A stretch of 64,000 nt of DNA from an uncultured Gemmatimonadales bacterium. GTDB lineage: Bacteria; Gemmatimonadota; Gemmatimonadetes; Longimicrobiales; Gaopeijiaceae. The notes under the pieces are model-generated. The model saw only the letters and a list, made by a program, of their open reading frames with translations, ran no database searches and was not told where the DNA came from. Both the position numbers and the translations under genes were made by a program. The DNA is taken from the NCBI GenBank assembly GCA_963809895.1, contig CAWELD010000003.1, positions 1,600,001-1,664,000 of the forward strand. The letters are read 5' to 3'. How positions within the stretch are numbered: position 1 is the stretch's first letter; each line of letters begins with the position of its first letter. Shown piece after piece: positions 1-8,800 of this stretch.

Positions 1-459
1 CTCGTCCGACGAGCTCCAGGTGACGCTCAGGCCCACGCCGCCGGTGATGGTGGCCGTGAGCTGGCCGGTCTGTCCCACCTCCAGATCGAGGCTCCCTGGC
101 GTCACCGAGATCGAGGAGGCCTTCACCGTCACCGATGCGGTGGCGCTGGCCCCCGAGGCGGACGCGGTGATCGTGGCTGAGCCGACGCCCACGGCCGTGA
201 CCGTCCCCGACTGCGACACCATGGCCACCTGGTTGTCCGACGAGGTGAAGGAGACCGAGCCGCCCGACCCGCCCGAAACCGACGCCGACAGGCTGGCGGT
301 CTCGCCCACGAACAGCGACACCGAGGTCGGCGACAGGGTCACGGTCACGTCGGGCTCGTTGCCGCCTCCGTCGCCGCCACAGCCGGCGACCAGCACGAGG
401 AGCGTGAGGGCGGCGAGTCCAGGGTCGCGGAGCGAGCCGGAGCGGGATGGAGTGCGCAT
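1..459 (-). CDS. Ig-like (Big_2-type) domain lipoprotein, 3' end runs off the window
   Basis: Not in the ORF track. Manual minus-strand translation from ATG 459 gives MRTPSRSGSLRDPGLAALTLLVLVAGC (lipobox), then VTLSPTSVSLFVGETASLSASV...FTSSDNQVAMVSQSGTVTAVGVGSATITA and a second repeat ISVTPGSLDLEVGQTGQLTATI...VTWSSSDE. Confidence 0.85.
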   Translation of the reverse strand, partial: MRTPSRSGSLRDPGLAALTLLVLVAGCGGDGGGNEPDVTVTLSPTSVSLFVGETASLSASVSGGSGGSVSFTSSDNQVAMVSQSGTVTAVGVGSATITASASGASATASVTVKASSISVTPGSLDLEVGQTGQLTATITGGVGLSVTWSSSDE

Positions 460-612
460 GGCCGGGAGGGTTGGGCTGCGGATCGACTGTCACGTCCGCC
501 CACAGTACGCCCGGCAGGGGTCTGGCGCCAAGGAAAACGATGGCCGTGGACCACCACACCGGGGCGCCCGACCACTCTCGAGCTCCGCTGATCAAGGAGG
601 GCCGTCCACCCG

Positions 613-647
613 TGAGGCCCGGCCTCCACGCTGAAGACCGGGCCTCA
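613..647. terminator. hairpin downstream of the LamG lipoprotein gene, possible terminator
   Basis: 10-bp inverted repeat TGAGGCCCGG/CCGGGCCTCA; no U-tract. Confidence 0.35.
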
Positions 648-679
648 ATGGCGGGCCTAAGACCGGGCGGACCAGCCCA

Positions 680-1882
680 TTAATTGCACACGGCCGGAAC
701 ATCACACAATGACGCCACCTCGGCGGCGCTCAGTGCCCGGCCGTAGACCCGAAATTCGTCCAAGATGCCGTCCATCGGGTGATTGCCGCTCGAATTGTCT
801 CCAATTGTGACCGGCGTGGAGTTGTTGTTCATCACCCCGACCAGCGTGACCTCGTCAACGAGAGTCCCATTGAGGTACATCCGGGCCGTGGACACACCGT
901 ACACCACTGCGAAATGCGTCCAGGTACCGCCCTCCACCGCGAAGTGCTCCAAGTCACCCCCCACTCCAGTTCCACTGTAGAGGCGCGAGAAGATGAGATT
1001 CTCCGTGTAGCCCAGCGTGGCCTTATCGATTGAGAAGCTTTTCAACACGTTCTGGGATCCGAACGTATCCACGTGCTTCTCAATCAACCCACAAAACCGG
1101 GTAACGTCCAGGCATGCTGATCGAAGGTAGAACCACCCCGTGAACGTCTTCGGACCTCCATCGTCAAACGCATCCCCAACGACGATATGTCCGCCATCGA
1201 AAGACAAACCGCGACCCATTACACCAAACCGGTCAACTGCTGCAGAGACGGCGCCTGAAATCGTCCCATCATATCCGTTGCCGGACGCATCGTCGGCAAC
1301 GCCGTCCAGCGGCCAGTAAGCCAGAAGGCCATCATCTACCGCCGCACCCACCTCAACCCTGAAACGAATCTCGAGGAAAGGCTTTCCGCTGTCGTCTCCG
1401 ATGAGCAGATATTCGCCACGGGTCTCATTTCTGAGCTTCCCAGTGGCTTTGTCGACAACCAGGATGTCCGCGTACCCCAGCATCGTGCCCTCCACGGAGG
1501 CCGTCATCCGCAGCATGTCGCCATCGTTCATGTCATCGAATGGGATATACCACCGAGCGCGATACGACTCCGATGTGGACTCGTAGGAGAGTCCAGAAGC
1601 GAGATCAAAGGCCGTGAGCGACCCGACGCAGTGGCCGCCTGAGTAGAAGCAGATCTCGATGTCTGGGTCTGCGGCCGGATCAGTGATTCCCGAGTAGCTT
1701 GGCGATCCTTGGATAGTGGGAGGGAGCCAGAAGAAATGCTGGTTCCCTCCGTTGTTGGCTCCGTCCACGATCGCCCGAGCGGTGATCGGGATTCGGTACA
1801 AGTTCGGGCCCGTGGGAGCCGAGGAGTCCGTGCAAGATCCGACAATCAGGACTGCCGCCAACCCCATCGTGGTCCGCTTCAA
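680..1882 (-). CDS. lipoprotein with C-terminal LamG-like jellyroll (concanavalin A-like) domain
   Basis: GAGGAGG SD before TTG at 1882; lipobox LIVGSC; C-terminal GLLAYWPLDG...DASGNG...DRFG...WTHFAVVY...MYLNG...GILDEFRVYGRALSAAEV is typical of LamG_3. Confidence 0.85.
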   Translation of the reverse strand: MKRTTMGLAAVLIVGSCTDSSAPTGPNLYRIPITARAIVDGANNGGNQHFFWLPPTIQGSPSYSGITDPAADPDIEICFYSGGHCVGSLTAFDLASGLSYESTSESYRARWYIPFDDMNDGDMLRMTASVEGTMLGYADILVVDKATGKLRNETRGEYLLIGDDSGKPFLEIRFRVEVGAAVDDGLLAYWPLDGVADDASGNGYDGTISGAVSAAVDRFGVMGRGLSFDGGHIVVGDAFDDGGPKTFTGWFYLRSACLDVTRFCGLIEKHVDTFGSQNVLKSFSIDKATLGYTENLIFSRLYSGTGVGGDLEHFAVEGGTWTHFAVVYGVSTARMYLNGTLVDEVTLVGVMNNNSTPVTIGDNSSGNHPMDGILDEFRVYGRALSAAEVASLCDVPAVCN

Positions 1883-2254
1883 TGGTGTGTCCTCCTCGGA
1901 AGGGAGCGGGAACAGACGAGTGATGCCGGACATCCTTGATTCGGACCGTCAATCTCGCGTCAAGCGAGGCTTGGCCACGATGCTCCACGAGGTCCACCGC
2001 CGCATTCAATCCGTCAGATCGCGGGCGTAAACGCCCAGCAGGCGCGGCCCTCCGCGGTCAGGATCCAGGGACGCCGAGTCTTCCGAAACTCGGGCTACCA
2101 GGGAGTGCATGAGCCCCTGGAACTCAGGAGGTGGAGGGCCATGTGAGGCACCGGATCAGAACGCAGCCCGGGTTACCAGTTCGGAGGCAGGCTAAAACGC
2201 CGGTGTTGCGGTGTCCACGGAAGCGAGGGAACTCCAGCAAAGGCCGAGAAGACT

Positions 2255-3764
2255 CTACAAGAACAACCCCATCCGCTGCTCCAGTACCTGCCGGGTAAGC
2301 ACCCCCGTGAGGTTGAACACCTCGGGGTCGAAGCCGTCCCGCTTTGCACGCGTCCGCCAACTCTCCGCCACCCACGCGAGGTTCTCAGCCGTAATCAGCG
2401 CCACGTCCGTGTCGGTGCCCGGATTCCACCTTCAACCGGGCCGCGATAGCGGCGGCACCCTCGCCGATCTCAGGGACGATCACCAGGAAGCAAGAGACCC
2501 GCGTAGCTGAATCTCGGATGTACCGCTTGAACTGCTTCAGGTGGCTCTCGGGGAAGGAGTAGACCGTCTCCTTGGACTTGTTGTCCCAGAAGAGCAGGTC
2601 CCCACTCCGCTTGAATTGCACGCATCCGTCCGGATGCTCTGAGCCGGGCAGGTCGACGAGATCAAGACCGAGCTTCTGGCGGAACAGGTAGCGCGTGGCC
2701 TCTTCAAACCCCCGCTCCATCTCGATGTCCTTCTTGACCACCTTGTTCGCGAGCAGCGTCTCTCGGTCCCGGCGAGCGAGTTCCTTGAAGAACTGATAGT
2801 AGCGTTCCCCAGGAGAGGCTTCCTCAGGCACCTCGCGGACCACGAGATTGGCGAAGTAGTCGATGAGGCGCTGGACTCGCTCACCCTTGGTGCCGCTGAC
2901 CTTGGCACCAGGCAGTGCATCGCAGAGGTCGTAGAGCTCAGAATTCGAGAGGGAATCCAGCGCCCGACTCGGGCGGAGGCCAGTAGACAGGATCCGTTCC
3001 TTCAACTCGTCCTTCGAGCCCGACTTGGGGACCCCTGCGGCTTCGAGGATCGTCGCCATCTGATCCTTCGTCATCTGAGCGACCAACTGGGTCCATGCAG
3101 CCTCGCTGAGCTCGATGCCCAACGCATCCCTGATGGCTGGAACGATTTCCTCGGGCACCACGAAGCGGCCACCGTCCAACTTGTTGCAGTAGAAGACGAC
3201 TCCGCGACGCTGGAGGTCGAGCAGCGCTTCCTTGAATTCCGATGGCGTGTGGAGTCGGTTCCCTGCCCGAGGGAAATGACCGAGTTGGGCGAGGATGGTC
3301 TGCTTCGCCCGCTCGGAGAGGCCCAGCTTCTCCCTCAGGCGCCGCAGAAGGCCCAACTCCTCTTCGGTCAGGCGTTCGTCCTCAAGAGCCACTTCAAGGA
3401 CGGCACGGAAGATCTCGACGGCCTTCGCATCTTCGTATCGGAGGGCGTCGGGGTCTGAAGCCCGCTCGATCACCTCAAGTTCGTTCGCGGTCACGGCCTC
3501 GACGACGTCCTGCTCTGCTGCAGCCGTGCCCGGACAGTTCACCAAGGTCTCCAGTATCGAAGCCAGCAACACCTGGTGAGAATAGAGCCCATCGAGTTGC
3601 AGGACCGTCGCCACGCGCTTCGGATCGGTGAGCTCTTCGGCATTCCGGAGGATGATCTCGCGAGACTTGTCCTCATCCCCCTTCTGGAAGTCCCGCGTGA
3701 AGCTGTCGATGATGCGGTGGAGATACGCCTTGGTCATGTGCTGCACAGCTTCTTCGACCCGCAT
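2255..3764 (-). CDS. putative PD-(D/E)xK (FokI cleavage-like) nuclease with TerB-like, wHTH and two SAP-like regions; one extra base at ~2418-2420
   Basis: AGGAGG SD and ATG at 3764; FEE...HPDG...WDNK...QFKRY motif; removing one G extends the frame to TAG at 2255 (502 aa). Confidence 0.7.
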
Positions 3765-3949
3765 GGGACCTCCTGGCTGCCACAGGTGGCGCGTAGGTTC
3801 TAGGGAGGACGCGGGTAGCCTACGTGTCTTCACCACACCATCGCAAGGTGGAAGGGGGCGGCCTCCTTGTCCCGAGGGGCCACCGGCCCTAGGGTATTCT
3901 CGCCCCCCTACACACAGCTTGGGCGCCACATGGTGCCAAGGAGGGTTGG

Positions 3950-4210
3950 ATGGCTGAGCTGGACCTGGAACTCGTCAGGAGCAGGCTCGCTGAGCGTCTG
4001 GCCGGATTTGATCGCTGGGATGTTCATCTCGCCGATGATCAAGTCTCCCTCGAAGGGCCCGGCCCCTGGTCACCGCATCCATGGAAGCCAGAGGCGATGG
4101 TGGATCTCATCGTCGAAGGCATTCTCTCGGCAGCCTGGTCCAGTCACTGCCAGTACTTGGCAATGCTCTTCGGGGAGGAACGAACCGGTTGCGTACCTGC
4201 TGACGAATGA
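3950..4210 (+). CDS. small hypothetical protein (86 aa)
   Basis: AGGAGG SD upstream of ATG, protein-like composition, hairpin immediately after the stop. Confidence 0.5.
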   Translation: MAELDLELVRSRLAERLAGFDRWDVHLADDQVSLEGPGPWSPHPWKPEAMVDLIVEGILSAAWSSHCQYLAMLFGEERTGCVPADE

Positions 4211-4215
4211 GACTA

Positions 4216-4249
4216 CTGCCCCCGGCCTCCTTCGGTGGTGCGGGGGCAG
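4216..4249 (+). terminator. hairpin after the 86-aa ORF
   Basis: CTGCCCCCG/CGGGGGCAG stem with a cTTCGg loop; no U-tract. Confidence 0.45.
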
Positions 4250-4492
4250 CCGTCCCCGAACGGCGCCCATCTTGGGCCCATCGCCGTACAGCGCGACACG
4301 ACCTATCGTATTGGACCTCGCGAGCGGGTACCGCCGCGCGCCGTACTGTCGCGGTGGGCCGGGCGTCCGGCAGGTGGGGAAATCCACGACCCGCACCGAG
4401 CTTCGAGCCGATCCACCGACACGCACCGCCACGACACTGGTGGAGTCTGGACCGGAAGCCAACTGGGCAAGCTGAGGTGTGGCGGAGGGCAC

Positions 4493-4530
4493 AAGAAAAG
4501 CGGCCCAGGCGTAAGTACCTGGACCGCTTC
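4493..4530 (-). terminator. Rho-independent terminator of the tRNA
   Basis: minus strand GCGGTCCAGG-loop-CCTGGGCCGC followed by TTTTCTT. Confidence 0.8.
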
Positions 4531-4542
4531 ACCTTCCCTGAG

Positions 4543-4616
4543 TGCCGGAGGAGGGACTCGAACCCCCGACACGCGGATTATGATTCCGCTGCTCTAACCG
4601 ACTGAGCTACTCCGGC
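4543..4616 (-). tRNA. tRNA-Met(CAT), probably elongator; CCA not encoded
   Basis: GCCGGAGTAGCTCAGTCGGTTAGAGCAGCGGAATCATAATCCGCGTGTCGGGGGTTCGAGTCCCTCCTCCGGCA forms a cloverleaf with CAT anticodon; paired G1-C72 argues against initiator, Ile2 not excluded. Confidence 0.95.
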
Positions 4617-4628
4617 GGGGAGACGAAA

Positions 4629-4657
4629 AAGCTCGACGCGGCGCCTTCGTGTGTCAA
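4629..4657 (-). promoter_or_regulatory. sigma70-type promoter of the tRNA
   Basis: TTGACA-17 bp-GAGCTT. Confidence 0.6.
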
Positions 4658-4819
4658 GATGGCGATGAGCGCGCCCGGAGCGGTGTCGGCAGCGGTGCGG
4701 GTGGCTTGCGCGCGACCCGTTCCGTCGCCACGCTCCGGGGTGAACGTAAGCCCGGTCCGGCGCGTATCTTCAAGACAGCAGACCCGTCGAATCACCCGAC
4801 CCTCCCGGGGGAGCTCACC

Positions 4820-5752
4820 ATGGATCTCGGCGCCATTCTCATTCCCGCGGCGCTCGTTGGCGGCGCCGCCATCCTCACCAGCCTCCGCATCCTCTACGAG
4901 TACGAGCGTGGAGTCGTCTTCCGCCTCGGAAAGCTGGTCCGTGCCCGGGGGCCGGGCGTCATCTTCCTGATCCCCTTCGGCGTGGAGCGCATGCGCAAGA
5001 TGGATCTGCGCATCGTGGCGCTGGACATTCCCCCGCAGGACACCATCACCAAGGACAACGTGTCGGTGACGGTGAACGCGGTGGTGTACTTCCGGGTCGC
5101 CGACCCATCCAAGGCCGTGGTGGAGATCGAGGACTACTTCTTCGCCACCAGCCAGCTCGCCCAGACCACCTTGCGATCGGTCATCGGCCAGAGCGAGCTC
5201 GACGACCTGCTGGCGGAGCGCGAGCGCATCAACGAGATCGTGCGCGAGATCATCGACGAGGGCACCGACCGCTGGGGCATCGAGGTCACCGGCGTGGAGA
5301 TCAAGGACATCGGGCTCCCCACCGAAATGAAGCGGGCCATGGCACGCCAGGCCGAGGCGGAGCGTGAGCGGCGCGCCAAGGTCATCAGCGCCGAGGGTGA
5401 GTTCCAGGCGTCCACCAAGCTGGCGCAGGCTGCCGAGGTCATCAAGAATCACCCCGCGGCCCTTCAGCTGCGCTTCCTGCAGACCGTCGTGGAGATCGCG
5501 GCGGAGAACAACTCCACCACGCTCTTCCCGATTCCCATCGACATGTTCCGACCCTTCGCGCAGAAGATCACGGGCGTCGAGGGTGGGGGATTTCCGGTGG
5601 CGGAAGGTGAGGAGGGCCAGGCCCCGGCGCTCCCGGACAGCGCGGCGCGCCAGGCGCTGGAGGACACCGCCCGCAAGGTCCTGGGCCTCGGACCGGCGCC
5701 GGAGCGCGAAGACGTTCCCGTCACCCGCGACGACGGCGACGACGAGTCGTGA
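4820..5752 (+). CDS. SPFH/band 7 (stomatin/slipin) family membrane protein
   Basis: N-terminal [57 protein letters not shown]. Confidence 0.93.
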   Translation: MDLGAILIPAALVGGAAILTSLRILYEYERGVVFRLGKLVRARGPGVIFLIPFGVERMRKMDLRIVALDIPPQDTITKDNVSVTVNAVVYFRVADPSKAVVEIEDYFFATSQLAQTTLRSVIGQSELDDLLAERERINEIVREIIDEGTDRWGIEVTGVEIKDIGLPTEMKRAMARQAEAERERRAKVISAEGEFQASTKLAQAAEVIKNHPAALQLRFLQTVVEIAAENNSTTLFPIPIDMFRPFAQKITGVEGGGFPVAEGEEGQAPALPDSAARQALEDTARKVLGLGPAPEREDVPVTRDDGDDES

Positions 5753-5879
5753 CCATGCGGTAGGCGGGTCCACGGCCTACCTTTTCCCGGCGCGCTTCCT
5801 CGGGGCGCCGCGGAGGCGGGCCCCGAGGGGCGTCCGGGCTCGGGTCCGGGCGCCTCTTCGTACTTCTGCCCCGTGTTCC

Positions 5880-8800
5880 ATGTCGTCACCCCGCACCGCC
5901 CGGGCCTTCGGGCCGGCCTTCGCTCTCGCGCTGCTCTCCTGGACCACACCGTCGCTCGCCGCCGTGTCGCGGCGGCCGGTCTCTCCGGCGGACACCCTCG
6001 CCGACCTGCGCAATCTCCTGGACACGGCCGTCGTCCTGGAGGACCGGGACGACGACGGGATCGTGGACCGACTCGACGTGCGGCTCGTTCTCGGCGCGAC
6101 CCCCACCGAGGCCGACGTGACCGCGGCCATGAACATGGCGGCCCGCCTCGGCTTCGAGACGGCCAGCTCGGACCTGGGCCTCCTGGCCGCCGACGTCCAG
6201 GATCCCTGGGACCGGCCCGTGCTGACGGTGGGACGGGGCGCGCTCGAACGCATGGGCCTGGGAGCCCTGGCCGACGATGCGACCCGCGACCTCGACCCCG
6301 GCGAGGGGGCCCTCGTACACCTGCCGTCCTCCGCCTCGCTGCCGTGGGGCGGCGCGGGCCTCGTCGGCTACGATGCCACCGGCCTGATGGCGGTCTCGGC
6401 GTACACGGCCGGACGCTACCCGGCGGTCTGGAACGTCGACGGGGACACCTGGTCCAGGGCGGCGGACAGGGTCAGCGAATTCCTCACCGCCCGCGACGTC
6501 GCTGCCACGACCTCGCTGGACCGCATCGTGGTGGCCATGGACGCGCCTGGCGTGGTCGGGGCGCGATTGACGGTGCGTCTGAGCGACACCGCGTCGTACC
6601 AGCGCGCCCTGCAGGCCTTGGAGGGGGGCGACTCGACATCGGCCGCGGACACGACCTCGGCGGACCACACGCCTCCGAAGCTCCAATCGCTGGAGGTCCG
6701 GGACGTGCGTCGCCTCGACCTGCGCCTGGTGGCACCTGGCGCCGAGCACACGGTGGTTCTCCGCCCGCGCAAGCCGTGGAACACACGCGCCGACGGCGAG
6801 CTGCGGCCCGGGCCCGACCGCACCTTCGGCCTGGCCGACCTCTACTCCATCGAGGGGCTGTTCCGGGACACCAACCGCGACCTGGTGCCCGATCAGACCG
6901 CGGCCGACCTCTCGGTCAGGGGCGCCGACGCCCCGTCGGCCCTGGTGGACCTGGCCACCCGTATCGGACTCGAGACCGCCGGGATCCGCCTTCCGCTGGC
7001 CCGGGTCGGCGGCGGCGACGGAGTTCCGGGCGCCGGGGGATTCCCCGTGATGGTGGGCACGCATCACGAGCAGATCCGGCGCCTGCGGGACCAGGGACGG
7101 CTGGCCGGCGCTCCTCCCGTCGCCGGCGAGGGCTTCGTGCAGCTCGTGGACGGGGCCTTCGACGGCCGCAGCGGGATGGTCGTGGGTGGGGCGGACGGGC
7201 GCGGCCTGGGCGCCGCGCTGGACTGGCTGGCCACCCGCGCCCCCTACCTGTGGACGTACGGCAAGGGCGAGACGCGCCTGGCGGATCTGGACACCGAGGT
7301 GCGCCGGTTCGTGCAGGCCCGGGAGGCGCCGGGACAGGTGGCGCTGGCGCTGGCGAAGCTCGACCGATGGGCCGGCCGCCTCGTCGGCGACGCCCCGGCC
7401 CGCGTCGAGGTGGAGATCGCCGCGAAGGAGATGCCCGCGGGCGTGCGGGACGTCGCGGAGGCGATGCTCCGGGAACACCTGCCCGAAAGCGACATCCAGG
7501 TGTCGACCTGGCCCACCGGCTTCGGCGTGGGCGACACCATCTTCACGCAGGACTGGGACCTGCCCTGGGAGGTCGACGAGGTGCGCCGGGTCCTGGATTC
7601 GGACGTGTATCCGGGAGTGACGGCCGGTGAGCCCGCCCGGGTGCAGATCCGGGTGAGCGAGCCCCTGGACGTGCGGGAAGCCCTGGCCGACGAGATCCGG
7701 GACGAGCTCGCACGGCGGGGCGTCGACGACCCCGAAGTCACCGTGCTCAACGCCTACAAGCAGGGCTATTCCTGGCTCCACGAGGTCGTCCTGCCGCAGC
7801 TCCGCGGGCGGGACGTGGCCGGCATCGACATCACCTACCACACCCTGGAGGAGTCCGACGAGGTGCGCTGGCAGACCATCGCCGCCGACACCCGCTGGCT
7901 GCAGGAGCTCTATCCCATCGATGCGGTGCTTGCGCGGGAGTTGGCGATTCCGGATTCGGCGGTGACCTTCCACCCCACGCGCGCCGCCGAGCCCGTGTAC
8001 ACGGTGGTGGCGCATGATGCGGAAGGACTGGAGGTGCTCCGGGAATCGTTCGATCCCCACTACGTGGTGCGCCCCTTCTTCGACCTGTTCCCGGAGTACG
8101 AGCAGGTGCGCGTGACCACGGGCTGGATCACGGCCGCGTCGGGCGCGGACACGCTGGTGGACCAGCGGGTGGTCACGGACCCGGAGCGCTTCTGGGACCG
8201 GCTCCAGACCGACACCTACCGGCGCATCACCGACTACGTGCTGGACACGCAGGACGGACGTCCCTCGCCCTCCAACGCGCCCTATTTCGACGAGTTCCGG
8301 GTGAACCTGCGCATGAGCGAGCCCAACCACCGCATCGGCGTGGACGAGGAGGTGATCAGCTCCCTCGAGGCGCTCCACGAGGACATCTACTTCGAGACCC
8401 TCACCCTCTTCGATCTCATCGGCAGCCGCTACCAGACCTCGCTGCCCTATCCCGGGCGCGTGCTGCCCTACATCGATCCCACGGGCAGCGGCCAGCCTCC
8501 CCGGGCGCACGTCACCTTCACCGGCAAGGCGCGCGGCGCCCCGGAGGTGCTCATGCGCACCTGGCAGAGCGCCGACGACCCCGAGCCCCTCCTGCAGCGC
8601 TACGCCCTCGACCCCCTGCCCTACCCGGCACCCCGGACCGTGGGCGTGACGGTGGCGGCGGGCGAGGACGGGCTCCGCCAGCTCCTGATGCGGGTGGAGG
8701 CCCGGGATTCGGTGGACCGCACCGCCGAGTTCGAGGGCCGGGCCAGCGAGGGCTCCATCGACCGGCAGTTCCCCAGCGTGGAGCTCACCCGCTCCATGCT

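Noticed and set aside
20..634. 204-aa plus-strand ORF
   Set aside because: Antisense shadow of the minus-strand Ig-like lipoprotein at 1-459.
2000..2120. hammerhead ribozyme or known riboswitch
   Set aside because: GAAAC is present but there is no CUGANGA core or recognisable aptamer consensus.
1..4540. integrase, transposase or att duplication at the tRNA
   Set aside because: None visible, so no mobile element was called.
3867..4605. overlapping 120-200 aa ORFs around the tRNA
   Set aside because: Some cross the tRNA or terminator, and none has a convincing SD or coherent domain.
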